This document shows positions 19,904 through 29,985 of a DNA stretch of 64,000 bases, one piece after another (positions within the stretch are counted from its first letter, which is position 1; each line of letters begins with the position of its first letter). Made by a program: the position numbers and the translations under genes. The notes beneath the pieces were generated by a model, which was given only the letters and a program-made list of their open reading frames with translations, was not told the DNA's origin and made no database searches. The stretch comes from an uncultured delta proteobacterium (lineage in GTDB: Bacteria > Myxococcota_A > Polyangia > Polyangiales > Houyiibacteriaceae). Where the stretch lies: the NCBI GenBank assembly GCA_963845195.1, contig CAWJRH010000004.1, forward strand, positions 1,796,343 through 1,860,342. The letters run 5' to 3'.

Positions 19904-21965
19904 CGGCGCTCCGCGAACCGGCGGCCGCGACCGCAGCCTTGCCGCCGTCGACGCGGGCCTCCTGATCGAGACGACGGGGTCCGAGTTCGATATGCACGAT
20001 CGATCCGTGTGGAACGACGGTGCCTGGCGCCGGGTCTTGCCGCCTCACCAGGCCCGAGCCTTCCACCGAAGGCACGAGAGACTCGGAGTGCAGGGCGACG
20101 ACGGCGGTCCGCAGGGGCAAACCCTCGAGGTCCGGAACGCCGCTACGCCCTACTTCGGTGCGAACGTCTGCCTTTGCTGGCGGCGCCTCCTGCGCTGCGC
20201 TCGGTTCTGGGTCTGCCTTGGGTGTGAGTCTCGCGACCGAGGCACCGGCGCGATCGGGCGCAATGCCGACGTGCCGCAGGGTCGCTTCGGCGATGCGCCG
20301 AAACACGGGACCGGCGACGGTTCCCCCGTAGTGCGCGATGACCGGCTCATCGATCACGACCGAGATGACCACCGCCGGCTTGTCGGCGGGCGCGAAGCCG
20401 ATGAAGGAAGCGAGCCATTTGTCTTTCGCGTAGCCGCCGTTGACGTAATCCGCCTTCTGCGCGGTGCCGGTCTTTCCTGCGACGAGGTAGCCATCGACCG
20501 CCGCCTCCATTGCCGTCCCCCCGGGCTCGGTGACTGCCGTCAGCATCTCGCCGACGAGGTTCGCCACCTTGCGGGGAACCACCTGGCGCCGAACTTCGGG
20601 CTTGGCCTCCTGTACCATCACACCGTCGCCGTCGTTGATCTGGCGAATGAGAGTCGGCCGCATGAGGCGCCCGCCGTTGGCGATGACGCTCATCGCCGCA
20701 GCGAGCTGCACGTTGGTTACGCTCATCCCCTGGCCGAAAGACACGGCGGCCGCGTCGATCTCGTACCAGCGACGGTAGTGATGAAGAATCCCCGCTGTCT
20801 CACCAGGGAGTCCAAGACCCGTGGGCTCTCCGAACCCAAAACGTCGAAAGGCACGGTACAGGTCGCGCTTGCCGAGCTCGAGAGCGATCTTCGCGGTACC
20901 GATGTTGCTCGAGTGCGCGAGAATTTGCGTCGGCGTGAGCCACTCGTAGGGATGCGCATCGTGAAGTCGGCGCCCGCCGATTCGCGTGACGCCGTTTTCG
21001 CAGTTCACCAACTCGTCTGGTTCGACAGTTCCTGCCGCAAGCGCCGCAGACATCGTGAACGGCTTGACGGTCGAGCCGGGCTCGAACCGATCGACAAGCG
21101 CACGGTTGCGACGATGCGCGATGGGATGCTTGGAGGGCTCGTTCGGATTGAAAGGCGGGTAATTCGCGAGCGCCAGGATCTCGCCGTTGCTCGGATCCAT
21201 GACCACAACGCTACCCCCCCGAGCTTCGAACGTTCGCACCCCGAGTGCGAGCTCCCGCTCGGCCACGTGTTGAATGGCTTTGTCGATCGTGAGGACGACG
21301 CTCTGCCCCTGGTTGGAGACGTCGTCGATCATCTCGTCTGCGAAGATCACCTTTCCTCGCCGATCTCGAATGGCCTCGACTTTGCGGTCCGATCCTCGGA
21401 GCTCGCTTTCATACGCGAGCTCGATCCCCTCGATGCCGCGCCCGTCGATATCGGCAAACCCGAGAAGGTGCGCGGCCAAGTGACGGTTGGGATAGAACCG
21501 ACGCGCCTCGGTCGTGAGACTGATGCCTGGGATATCGAGCTTCTCGACGGCCTCTGCTTCGTGCGGGGTGATGTGCCGATCGATCCAGACGAAGTATCGG
21601 TTGCTGTCGAGACGTTTGACGAGCGTCTCCGGGTTGACATCGAGCACCCGCGCAAGGCGTTGGGCAGTGGCCGCGAGATCCTGATCCATCGCTTTCAAGC
21701 GACGGGGGTTCGCGTAGACGCTGTCGACGTCGACGCTCACGGCAAGCTCTGCCCCGTTGCGGTCATAGATCGCACCGCGCCGTGGTGACACGCTGAGTTT
21801 CCTCAAATGCTGCCCTTCGGCCATTTCGCGAAGGCGGTCGCCGCCGAGCACCTGCAGCTGAAACGCGCGCGCGACGACGAGCAGCGCCACGCACAGCACG
21901 CCAAGGCCAAGCAGGGCAAGGCGGGCGCGAAACCACTTGTGACGCCGATTGGAGCGGCCCTTCAT
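19893..21965 (-). CDS. ftsI: Penicillin-binding protein 3 with C-terminal PASTA domain
   Basis: RGAIYDRNG, EPGSTVK (SxxK), HSSN (SxN), KTGTAQ, PASTA-like VPDLEG...QDPAPG. Confidence 0.96.
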   Translation of the reverse strand: MKGRSNRRHKWFRARLALLGLGVLCVALLVVARAFQLQVLGGDRLREMAEGQHLRKLSVSPRRGAIYDRNGAELAVSVDVDSVYANPRRLKAMDQDLAATAQRLARVLDVNPETLVKRLDSNRYFVWIDRHITPHEAEAVEKLDIPGISLTTEARRFYPNRHLAAHLLGFADIDGRGIEGIELAYESELRGSDRKVEAIRDRRGKVIFADEMIDDVSNQGQSVVLTIDKAIQHVAERELALGVRTFEARGGSVVVMDPSNGEILALANYPPFNPNEPSKHPIAHRRNRALVDRFEPGSTVKPFTMSAALAAGTVEPDELVNCENGVTRIGGRRLHDAHPYEWLTPTQILAHSSNIGTAKIALELGKRDLYRAFRRFGFGEPTGLGLPGETAGILHHYRRWYEIDAAAVSFGQGMSVTNVQLAAAMSVIANGGRLMRPTLIRQINDGDGVMVQEAKPEVRRQVVPRKVANLVGEMLTAVTEPGGTAMEAAVDGYLVAGKTGTAQKADYVNGGYAKDKWLASFIGFAPADKPAVVISVVIDEPVIAHYGGTVAGPVFRRIAEATLRHVGIAPDRAGASVARLTPKADPEPSAAQEAPPAKADVRTEVGRSGVPDLEGLPLRTAVVALHSESLVPSVEGSGLVRRQDPAPGTVVPHGSIVHIELGPRRLDQEARVDGGKAAVAAAGSRSADAR

Positions 21966-22267
21966 CGCACCCTCCCCGACGGCCGTGGCTGTCCCTCGTC
22001 TTCCATCGTGATAATCCGGGTCGGCTTTGGGACCTCCATGCCGAGCGTTCCTCGCGCGATCGTCTCGATGCGACCGGTCTGCCGAAGGGTGGCCGCCTCA
22101 ACCGAAAGCAAGCGACGGTCCTGGAGGAGTTGACGCTGGCGCGCGCGCTCTTCGCCGACCTCGTAGCCGAGTCGCACGGTTTCGAAACGGATCGCGAGGT
22201 GCACGATGAAGGCCGTCGCGGTCGCCACGACCGCCGCACACCAGAGCGCGAGGAAGCGCCGCTTCAT
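21962..22267 (-). CDS. ftsL: Cell division protein FtsL
   Basis: Short bitopic protein with coiled coil, RIETIARGTLGM; position between rsmH and ftsI. Confidence 0.88.
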   Translation of the reverse strand: MKRRFLALWCAAVVATATAFIVHLAIRFETVRLGYEVGEERARQRQLLQDRRLLSVEAATLRQTGRIETIARGTLGMEVPKPTRIITMEDEGQPRPSGRVR

Positions 22268-23154
22268 TCCGGGACCTCCGTCCGCCTAGCGGCGCGGAGC
22301 TTTGCGCTGCGGGAGCGCGGATTGCTTGCCCGCTCTTCGTCCGTGGCGATGACCGGCCTCTTTGTGAGTGGGATGAGCTCCGGGTTCTCACGAAAACCGT
22401 GCTTGACGAGCCGATCCTCGAGCGAGTGAAAGCTGATCACGGCGGCGACGCCGCCAACCCGGAGGACCGCCGGCAATTGTTCGAGCAAGGATTCGAGTTC
22501 TGCAAGCTCTTCGTTGACCGCGATCCGGAGAGCCTGAAAGGTCTTGGTCGACGGATTGATACGCCCGCGTCGAGCCCCAACGGCCCGATGCACGGCCTGC
22601 CGGAGGTCGAGCGTCGTGTGAAGCCTGTCGTCCTCGTATGCTTGTCGGATCGATCGTGCGATTCGACGAGATCGGTGCTCCTCACCATACTCATAGAGCA
22701 CGTCGGCCAGTTCATCGGCGTTCATGCGGCCAATGAGCTCGAGAGCAGTTTCGCCCTCACTCGGGTCCATCCGCATGTCGATTGGCCCTTCATTGGCAAG
22801 CGAGAATCCTCGCTCCGCCTCGTCGAGCTGGACCGAGCTGACGCCGAGGTCCGCAACCAAGCCGTCGACCCCGTTGATTCCAAGCGAGTCGAGCACGGAC
22901 GAAAGATCGCGGATGCGAGCCTTGCGCAGAGTCACCCGGTCACCGTACGCACCTAGCGCCTCTGCCGATGCCGCGACGGCTCTCGGGTCACGGTCGGTTC
23001 CGACGAGGCGTCCATCGGGCGCACTCCGCTCGAGTAGTGCGCCGGCATGTCCGCCGCCGCCCAGGGTGACGTCCGCGTATACTCCCCCATCGACAGGCCC
23101 AATGAGGGTGAGCACTTCGTCGAGGAGCACCGGCGTGTGGTCGAACGAGGTCAC
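22264..23154 (-). CDS. rsmH: 16S rRNA m4C1402 methyltransferase
   Basis: HTPVLLDE, DVTLGGGGH, DLGVSS, TFQALRIAVN, ISFHSLEDR, NPRSRSAKLR; GTG 23154 overlaps mraZ stop. Confidence 0.97.
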   Translation of the reverse strand: MTSFDHTPVLLDEVLTLIGPVDGGVYADVTLGGGGHAGALLERSAPDGRLVGTDRDPRAVAASAEALGAYGDRVTLRKARIRDLSSVLDSLGINGVDGLVADLGVSSVQLDEAERGFSLANEGPIDMRMDPSEGETALELIGRMNADELADVLYEYGEEHRSRRIARSIRQAYEDDRLHTTLDLRQAVHRAVGARRGRINPSTKTFQALRIAVNEELAELESLLEQLPAVLRVGGVAAVISFHSLEDRLVKHGFRENPELIPLTKRPVIATDEERASNPRSRSAKLRAARRTEVPE

Positions 23155-23603
23155 AGGCCGAGTTCCGATAAACGTTTGGCGATCTCGAGGCGCCGCGCGT
23201 CGTCCGCGAGCACCTCCTTGCGAAGCCCTTCGAAAGTTTCTTTCGACCAGAGCTCGATGTGGCGGCCCATCCCAGCCCACAGCGCGTCCCGCTTGAGTCG
23301 AGCGTGCTTGCGCAGACCCGACGGAATCAGGAGCCGACCCACCTTGTCGACGTCGCATTCCACCGCGCCGGACACGTAGATGCGTTTGAGGGTCACGACG
23401 TCCGGATCGAACTGCGAGAGGTCGGCGAGCCGTTCCTCGAACGCAATCCACTCGGCCATCGGGTAAGCCACGAGGCAGGTGTCGAGCCCGGTGGTCAGAA
23501 CGAGCTTCGAATCCCCCAAGGCGCTCATCACCTCACGGAAACGCGAAGGAACCGAGGTTCGGCCCTTCGTATCGATGCTGTGCTCGTAGCGTCCTCGGAA
23601 CAA
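23151..23603 (-). CDS. mraZ: Transcriptional regulator MraZ
   Basis: MFRGRYEHSIDTKGR, DKVGRLLIP, IELWS. Confidence 0.97.
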   Translation of the reverse strand: MFRGRYEHSIDTKGRTSVPSRFREVMSALGDSKLVLTTGLDTCLVAYPMAEWIAFEERLADLSQFDPDVVTLKRIYVSGAVECDVDKVGRLLIPSGLRKHARLKRDALWAGMGRHIELWSKETFEGLRKEVLADDARRLEIAKRLSELGL

Positions 23604-23643
23604 CGTCGTTTCACGCGCCTATCTAGGGGTCACCGGGGGTGTT

Positions 23644-23669
23644 GGCACTTGATCCCACTGATTCCCACT
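23644..23669 (-). promoter_or_regulatory. MraZ-binding direct repeats
   Basis: Minus strand AGTGGGAATC-AGTGGGATCA-AGTGCC: GTGGG-type boxes at a 10-bp period immediately downstream of the promoter, matching the known MraZ operator architecture. Confidence 0.85.
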
Positions 23670-23677
23670 AGGGCCGG

Positions 23678-23707
23678 AAACTACGGGCGCGGGCCCCCTG
23701 ATGTCAA
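23678..23707 (-). promoter_or_regulatory. dcw (Pmra) sigma70 promoter
   Basis: Minus strand TTGACA (23707-23702), N18, TAGTTT (23683-23678). Confidence 0.7.
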
Positions 23708-23926
23708 CTTCTTTCTTCGATCCAAGTTGTCGAATCCAATACGTTTTTTCGCAGGATGTAGGGGGGTGTCCCCCAGCTGGACCAGGTGGGAAGAACTTCC
23801 GCCCACTGAGAGAACCAATCAGAGACCTCGAGGCCTTCCCCAACTGACCGGATTGCGCGTAATTGGCCTATTTAGTTGCCAATTATGCCATTTTTGTCGC
23901 GCTGGGTCTGCTATTCTCGGTAGAAG

Positions 23927-24253
23927 GTGGATCCACTCGACGAGGCGTGGGCACGCGTGGAGGCTCAGTGGGGGGACGACGAAGCGCATCGGCGCTTCAT
24001 CGGCATGTGTATGGCCCTCGATCGGCTCCCCGAAGCGGGGCGGCGCTACAAAGCGGTGCGGGACGAGGGCTCGGCACGTAGCCCGCAGGCAGAGGCGCGG
24101 ATGGAAACGCTCATCGCGCTTGCCACCCAGCAACTCCAGGACACCCGAGTGGAGCCGGTCGTGAGCGAGCATAAGAGGACGCTTCAGTGGATCGCGTTCG
24201 CGATCATGATGGGCTTCATGGGGGTGGGCGCATGGCTGATGCTCGGCGGCTGA
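23927..24253 (+). CDS. Hypothetical protein with a single C-terminal TM helix
   Basis: 108 aa, GAAGG upstream, helical N-terminus, hydrophobic WIAFAIMMGFMGVGAWLML at the extreme C-terminus; 31 bp from the GTPase gene. Confidence 0.75.
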   Translation: MDPLDEAWARVEAQWGDDEAHRRFIGMCMALDRLPEAGRRYKAVRDEGSARSPQAEARMETLIALATQQLQDTRVEPVVSEHKRTLQWIAFAIMMGFMGVGAWLMLGG

Positions 24254-24284
24254 AGGCAAACCATACCTCGGAGCGCGCTCGGTC

Positions 24285-24956
24285 ATGCAGCTAGACCTCG
24301 GCGCGCGCGAAATCACCCTCACGCTCGTCTACTACGGGCCGGCGCAGAGCGGAAAGACGACGAACCTTCGCGCAGTTCACTGGCTCAGCGCACCGAGGAC
24401 GCGCGGTGACCTGATGACGCTGGGCTCTTCGAACGACCGAACGATCCTTTTCGACATGCTTGCGCTGGTGATACCCGCGCGCCCTCCGTGCCGACTCCGT
24501 CTGAAGCTGATTGCGGTACCCGGCCTCCAAGCGCACGGCACCACCCGACGGCTCCTACTCGATGGTGCCGATGGCGTGGTATTCGTGGCCGATGCGCGCC
24601 CGTCGGCTCGACACGACAACCGTGAGTCTCTCCGCTCGCTGAAAGAGAACATGCGTTTGCTCGGACGCGATCCCGCGGACTTTCCGACCGTCGTCCAACT
24701 CAACAAGACCGATCTCGAGGCCATCGCGGGCGAACGAGCGGAAGGCGACTGGGGCTGTCGGCAACCCGAAATCACGTATCGTGCAACCGCGCTGCGCGGC
24801 CACGGGGTTGTCCCTACCCTCCTTGGATTGCTACGACGGACTGCAGCCCGACTCGAAGAGACGCATGGGTTCGAAGAGCTAGGAATCGACGGCGCGGGTC
24901 TGGTCGCAGCGACCGAGTCGAACTTCCAGACCGTCTTGGAAGAGAAAGCGGGATGA
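24285..24956 (+). CDS. MglA-family small Ras-like GTPase paralog
   Basis: REITLTLVYYGPAQSGKTTNL, DRTILFD, VPG, DGVVFVAD, NKTD, GVVPTL align in register with MglA. Confidence 0.92.
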   Translation: MQLDLGAREITLTLVYYGPAQSGKTTNLRAVHWLSAPRTRGDLMTLGSSNDRTILFDMLALVIPARPPCRLRLKLIAVPGLQAHGTTRRLLLDGADGVVFVADARPSARHDNRESLRSLKENMRLLGRDPADFPTVVQLNKTDLEAIAGERAEGDWGCRQPEITYRATALRGHGVVPTLLGLLRRTAARLEETHGFEELGIDGAGLVAATESNFQTVLEEKAG

Positions 24957-26356
24957 GGCACCGAGTCGAAGACAACGTTGGAGGGCCGCTCGCCGATCCG
25001 GCGAACCTCGAGTCGGTATTGAGCCGGGAAGCGGCCCAGAAGATCTCCGACTCGGTTGGAAGACTCTTCGGCCTTTCCGTGCGCGTGCTGTCACGCGAGG
25101 GATCGGTACTCGGCGAGCACAGCTTGACGCGGGCACTGTGCGACATCGTCAACGAGACACTCGAGGGACAAAAAGCGTGCGCGTCCACGTTCGATGCCGC
25201 ACTGACGGTCCAGCCCGACGATGGCGTTCTCGTTCACCCGTGCTTTACCGGCGCAGTCTACCGAATCGCGCCACTCGACTATCAGGGCCATGCGCTTGGG
25301 CGCATCATCCTGGGTCCTTACGTTCCGGCCGAGACCGAAGCGGCTCCGGAATCGCTATTCACTGCCGCCCACCCCACGCCCAGCGCTCAGACCCAGGCGG
25401 GGTTCGACGCCCTTCCGCGCATGCGCGCGGACATTGCGAAGAACCTAACAGAGCACCTTTCGGTCGTCTTCGAGCGCCTGATCTTCGAGGGACACCGGGC
25501 ACAGCTCGCGACGGACATCCAGGCGGCGAGCGTGCGGGAGAACCACCGCGAGCTGACCGAGAAGAATGAACGACTGAGGGCCGCGTTGGACGAGCTCGAA
25601 GAGCTCGGCAAGCTCAAGTCGAGTTTTCTTGCGACCGTCAGCCACGAGCTCCGCACGCCGCTCACCTCGATCATCGGCTACTCGGAGATGCTCGAAGGAG
25701 GCGCCGCAGGCCTGCTCAGCGACGACCAGGCTGAGTTCCTCCATACGATTCGCATCAAAGCAGAGCAGCTGCTCGAACTGATCGGAAGCCTCCTGGACCT
25801 TGGTCGCCTCGAGGCAGGGACGATGACGCTCAACAAGCAGCGGATCGATGCGGGAGCCCTCTTGTCGGACATCGCATCGACCATCGTGCCCGTGGTCAAT
25901 CAAGCCAGTATCAGCCTCGCGATTCACGTCGACGAAGCGACCCCCAAACTCGACGGCGATCCAACGCGCCTTCGGCAGATCGTCCTCAATCTCACCGACA
26001 ATGCTGTGAAGTTCACTCCTCCGGGTGGCAAGGTTGAACTCCGCGCGCACGCAGGCACGCTCGATGACCGTCCGGGTGACGACGAGGATGCCCTGTTCGA
26101 GAAGAGCCGGCCCGCGGTGGTGCTCGAAGTGAGGGATACAGGCCGAGGCATCGAACCCGACAAGCGCGCGCGGATCTTCGATGCCTTCTATCAGATCGAC
26201 AGTGGCACGACACGCGAGGTCGGCGGCGCAGGCCTTGGACTCTCGATCGTGAAACAGCTCGTGGATTCCCATGGGGGCACGATTGAGGTGACCAGCGAGG
26301 TTGGAGCGGGCACAGTGTTCGTCGTAACGCTCCCTGCGGCTCTCGACGATGCGTGA
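24953..26356 (+). CDS. Cytoplasmic sensor histidine kinase with PocR-type N-terminal domain
   Basis: Three-Cys N-terminal domain (LCD, ACA, HPCFTG), coiled coil, H-box VSHELRTPLTSIIGY, NLTDNAVKFT, DTGRGI, F-box, GLGLSIV; ATGA coupling to the GTPase. Confidence 0.92.
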   Translation: MRHRVEDNVGGPLADPANLESVLSREAAQKISDSVGRLFGLSVRVLSREGSVLGEHSLTRALCDIVNETLEGQKACASTFDAALTVQPDDGVLVHPCFTGAVYRIAPLDYQGHALGRIILGPYVPAETEAAPESLFTAAHPTPSAQTQAGFDALPRMRADIAKNLTEHLSVVFERLIFEGHRAQLATDIQAASVRENHRELTEKNERLRAALDELEELGKLKSSFLATVSHELRTPLTSIIGYSEMLEGGAAGLLSDDQAEFLHTIRIKAEQLLELIGSLLDLGRLEAGTMTLNKQRIDAGALLSDIASTIVPVVNQASISLAIHVDEATPKLDGDPTRLRQIVLNLTDNAVKFTPPGGKVELRAHAGTLDDRPGDDEDALFEKSRPAVVLEVRDTGRGIEPDKRARIFDAFYQIDSGTTREVGGAGLGLSIVKQLVDSHGGTIEVTSEVGAGTVFVVTLPAALDDA

Positions 26357-27305
26357 CGAATTCGACAGAATCGACTGGCTTCAAAGCCGCTTCGACAAGC
26401 CCGATGCGACCCCGGGGTTCGAGACCCTAATCGGCATCGGCGACGACGCGGCGGTCGCGAACTTCGGCGCGAACCCGGTGGTAGTAACCGTGGACGCGCA
26501 GATCGAGGGCGTCCACTTCCGTCGAGACCTTCTCTCTTGCTCGGAGCTTGGCGCGAGGGCGATGGTCGCGGCCACGAGTGACGTGTGGGCGATGGGCTCG
26601 AACCCGGCGAGCGCGGTCGTGGCGCTCACGCTTCCCCCGGATCTGACTGACTCTGACTTTCGCGATCTCATCAATGGACTCGAACACGCGGCGACGCGCG
26701 TCGGCCTGAACATCGTCGGCGGCAACCTGAGTGGCGGGGCGTGTCTTTCCATCACGACGACGGTCCTCGGGCTGTCGGCGAGAGCACCGGTTGCGCGCTC
26801 TGGCGCTCGCCCAGGCGACCGCGTCTACGTGACCGGGGAACTCGGCTCGGCGGCGCTTGGACTGGCCCTCCTCGAACGATGCCAAGCGCTCGACGCTACG
26901 ACCGAGGCTTTCGTGCATCGGTGGCGATGCCCTCCGATGCATAGTCAGACCGCGCCGAAACTCGCAGGTGTCGCGACCGCGGCAATCGACGTGTCGGATG
27001 GCTTGCTTCAGGATCTCGGACACCTGTGTGCGGCATCTGGCGTGGGCGCACAAGTGCGCGCACCGGACGTTCCGACTGGCAACGACTTCGCAACGACTTG
27101 CGCGGCACTCGGACTCGATCCCCTGCTGCTCCCGTTGACCGGAGGCGAAGACTACGAACTACTCTTCACCTTGCCTCCAGACGCCAGGCCGCCAATCGAA
27201 GCGACGGAAATCGGCGAGATCGACCGAAGCAGTGAGGTCGTCGCGCGAGACGGCGACGGGACTCTGATCCAACCAGGACGCCTGGGCTACCGTCACTTCG
27301 GGTAA
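26349..27305 (+). CDS. thiL: Thiamine-monophosphate kinase
   Basis: GIGDDAAV, EGVHF, SDVWAMG, IDVSDGLLQDLGHL, GGEDYELLFT. Confidence 0.95.
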   Translation: MRDEFDRIDWLQSRFDKPDATPGFETLIGIGDDAAVANFGANPVVVTVDAQIEGVHFRRDLLSCSELGARAMVAATSDVWAMGSNPASAVVALTLPPDLTDSDFRDLINGLEHAATRVGLNIVGGNLSGGACLSITTTVLGLSARAPVARSGARPGDRVYVTGELGSAALGLALLERCQALDATTEAFVHRWRCPPMHSQTAPKLAGVATAAIDVSDGLLQDLGHLCAASGVGAQVRAPDVPTGNDFATTCAALGLDPLLLPLTGGEDYELLFTLPPDARPPIEATEIGEIDRSSEVVARDGDGTLIQPGRLGYRHFG

Positions 27306-28462
27306 AGAAGCGCAGCCTCGCGCGTCTGCTGAAATACGTGTGCGCTCTGGGCCCCAAGGCCGTCCAGTTCAGCAAGCGCCCCACCCGCATCCACCAAGTC
27401 TCGAAACTCAGGTCCGCCGGTGAGAAGATCGATCGCAGGCCGATCGGTGACGTACTCGTAGACCTCGGTGCGCCACCGCGAGTCGGCCGCAACGGCGGGC
27501 AGCACCGCGGCGAGCATCTGCTGATACGCCTCGTAGGGTTCGAACAGGCGGGGGTCGGTGATGTGTACCTGAACGCCGCGACACGGTTTGCCTCCGTGCT
27601 TCTGGAACGTCGGCCTGAACTCGATCGGGCGAAGCCGTGCTCCTCGCAGCTCGAGACCCCCGAGGACGCTGACGTCGAGGTCCGGTCCGCCCCAAAGCTC
27701 AAACGGTCTCGTCGTTCCCCGGCCTTCCGAAAGCAGAGTGCCCTCGATGAGGCACCCCCCCGGGTACACCCGCGCGGTGTCGAGCGTCGGCATGTTGGGA
27801 GACGGCATCACCCACGGAAGGCCTGTCTCTTCCCACGACATCCCGCGATGCCATCCCTCCATCTGCAGCACTTGCAGTGCCTCGGGGGGGATGCCTTCAC
27901 GCTGCTGCACCCAACGCAACAGTTCGCCGATGGTCATGCCGTGCCTCACGGCGACTGGGTAGAGGCCCACGAACGAGAGATACCCCTCGCGCTGGGGCGG
28001 GCCCTCGACCGTGAGGCCGCCGAGGGGATTGGGTCGATCGAGCACCAGGACTTCGACTCCGGCCTCCGCGGCCGCACGAAGCATCAGCGCGGCGGTCCAG
28101 ACATAGGTGTAGTAGCGCGACCCGACGTCCTGCATGTCGATGACGATCCGGTCGAGGCCCTCGAGCCACTCGGCTCTCGGAAAGAGATCCTCTTCGCGAT
28201 CCCCGTAGAGCGAGTACACCGGGAGGCCCGCCCCGCCCTCGGTCTCGACGCCTATCATGTCCTGGGCCGCGCCCGAGAATCCATGCTCGGGACCGAACAG
28301 CGCCTCGAGCGTCGCCCCGGCCTGACGCAAGACGGACATCGCTGGTTGGAGCCTTCGATCGACACTCGCCGCGTGCGCGAGCAACCCTAGCCGCTGGCCC
28401 CGGATGGCAGTCAACGCCTGCGCCTCACCGGCAGCGATGCGATCGAGTCCCGTGAGGGTCAC
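27293..28462 (-). CDS. DUF1343 / NamZ family exo-beta-N-acetylmuramidase
   Basis: [53 protein letters not shown]; GTG 28462 overlaps pyrB stop. Confidence 0.92.
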   Translation of the reverse strand: MTLTGLDRIAAGEAQALTAIRGQRLGLLAHAASVDRRLQPAMSVLRQAGATLEALFGPEHGFSGAAQDMIGVETEGGAGLPVYSLYGDREEDLFPRAEWLEGLDRIVIDMQDVGSRYYTYVWTAALMLRAAAEAGVEVLVLDRPNPLGGLTVEGPPQREGYLSFVGLYPVAVRHGMTIGELLRWVQQREGIPPEALQVLQMEGWHRGMSWEETGLPWVMPSPNMPTLDTARVYPGGCLIEGTLLSEGRGTTRPFELWGGPDLDVSVLGGLELRGARLRPIEFRPTFQKHGGKPCRGVQVHITDPRLFEPYEAYQQMLAAVLPAVAADSRWRTEVYEYVTDRPAIDLLTGGPEFRDLVDAGGALAELDGLGAQSAHVFQQTREAALLYPK

Positions 28463-29415
28463 GCCGAGCTGCCTACCGAAGGCGCTTCGCCCGCTTCGCC
28501 CGCGAATAGATAGAGCAGCGCCATGCGCACCGCGAGCCCGGCCTCGACCTGTTCGAGGATCACGCTGCGCGTTCCGTCTGCAATCTCGCTCTCGATCTCG
28601 ACGCCGCGGTTGATCGGTCCGGGGTGCATCACGATGGCATCCGGCTTGGCAGCCGAGAGCTGTGCGGCTCCGATGCCGAACGTCTGCGCGTATTCGCGAA
28701 GGCTCGGCAGAAGCGCGCCTTCGAGTCGTTCTTGCTGAATTCGCAGGACCATCACCACGTCCGCGCCTTCGAGCGCATCCTCGAGTCGGCTGTACGACCT
28801 GACGCCCAGGCTCTCGACCGCGGAAGGCATTAGCGTCCGTGGGCCGACCACCCGAACTTCGCATCCGAACAGCGCCAGCAGGTGCGCGTTCGAACGGGCC
28901 ACCCGAGAGTGGGCGATGTCCCCGCAGATCGTAACGACGAGACCTTCGAGCGAGCCGCGCCTTCGCCGTATCGTAAACGCATCGAGAAGCGCCTGAGTCG
29001 GGTGCGCATGCATACCGTCGCCGGCGTTGACGACGCTACAGTCGACCTTGGAAGCAACGTAACTCGCTGCACCGGATGCAGGATGACGAATGACGACGAC
29101 GTCGGGCCGCATGGCTTCGAGCGTCCGGCACGTGTCTTGAAGGGTCTCGCCCTTCTTCACGCTCGAGGCCGAGACGTTCATGTTGATCACATCGGCACTC
29201 AAGCGTTTGCCCGCGAGTTCGAACGAGGTTCGGGTGCGGGTCGAGGCCTCGTAGAAGAGATTGATGACCGTCTTGCCGCGAAGCGTCGGCACCTTGCGTA
29301 CGGGACGCCTCGACACTTCAAAGAAGGCTGCGCTCGTGTCGAGGATGCGTTCGACCTCGTCGCGCGTGAGTCCCTCGATATCGAGGAGGTGGCGCCGCGT
29401 GAACGGATCCGTCAC
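28459..29415 (-). CDS. pyrB: Aspartate carbamoyltransferase catalytic subunit
   Basis: [51 protein letters not shown]; GTG 29415 overlaps pyrR stop. Confidence 0.97.
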   Translation of the reverse strand: MTDPFTRRHLLDIEGLTRDEVERILDTSAAFFEVSRRPVRKVPTLRGKTVINLFYEASTRTRTSFELAGKRLSADVINMNVSASSVKKGETLQDTCRTLEAMRPDVVVIRHPASGAASYVASKVDCSVVNAGDGMHAHPTQALLDAFTIRRRRGSLEGLVVTICGDIAHSRVARSNAHLLALFGCEVRVVGPRTLMPSAVESLGVRSYSRLEDALEGADVVMVLRIQQERLEGALLPSLREYAQTFGIGAAQLSAAKPDAIVMHPGPINRGVEIESEIADGTRSVILEQVEAGLAVRMALLYLFAGEAGEAPSVGSSA

Positions 29416-29951
29416 CCGCCCTCCGAGAGCACGACCCGATCGGGTCCCGCCGCATCGATCCAGACGTCGAGTCGACGGCCGGGGCCAACGTCTAAGGTCT
29501 TGCCGACGAAATCGGGGGCGATGGGCAGCTCGCGGCCGCCGCGATCGCAGAGCACCGCAAGCCAGACGCGGGCGGGTCGACCGTGGTCTTGCAGACACTC
29601 GATAGCCGCGCGCACCGTTCGCCCGGACTGGAGCACGTCGTCGACGAGCACGACGTGCCGACCGCTCACGTCGAACGGGATGTCCGATGGACCAATCTTG
29701 GGATTGGGAAGCGCCGTGGCCGCATCGTCTCGGTAGAGAGAGATGTCCACCGTGCCGACCGGCGGGGATCGTCCTTCAGAGGTGGCGATCTCCTCGGCGA
29801 GGCGGGCCGACAGAGCGACCCCCCCGCGACGAATGCCGACGAGGGTCAGGTCTTCGATGCCGTGTGTGGCCTCGAGAATCGCCACTGCAATACGCCGAAT
29901 GCTTCGTCTGATGGCATTCGAGTCGAGAACGACCTTCTGAGTCCCTGGCAC
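29412..29951 (-). CDS. pyrR: Bifunctional pyr regulator / uracil phosphoribosyltransferase
   Basis: [46 protein letters not shown]; start (GTG 29951) approximate. Confidence 0.93.
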   Translation of the reverse strand: MPGTQKVVLDSNAIRRSIRRIAVAILEATHGIEDLTLVGIRRGGVALSARLAEEIATSEGRSPPVGTVDISLYRDDAATALPNPKIGPSDIPFDVSGRHVVLVDDVLQSGRTVRAAIECLQDHGRPARVWLAVLCDRGGRELPIAPDFVGKTLDVGPGRRLDVWIDAAGPDRVVLSEGG

Positions 29952-29985
29952 GTTCGGCGGAGTGTGTGTGAAATCCCAGCGGGCT

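Noticed and set aside
10951-21788. Long plus-strand ORFs opposite the dcw genes (10951-12195, 15544-17289, 18362-19792, 19410-21788)
   Set aside because: Antisense shadows expected in high-GC coding DNA; Arg/Gly-rich, no motifs, and the opposite strand carries clear conserved genes.
23644-23669. Repeats upstream of mraZ as a novel element or mini-CRISPR
   Set aside because: They fit the known MraZ operator (GTGGG boxes, 10-bp period); no spacers and no cas genes.
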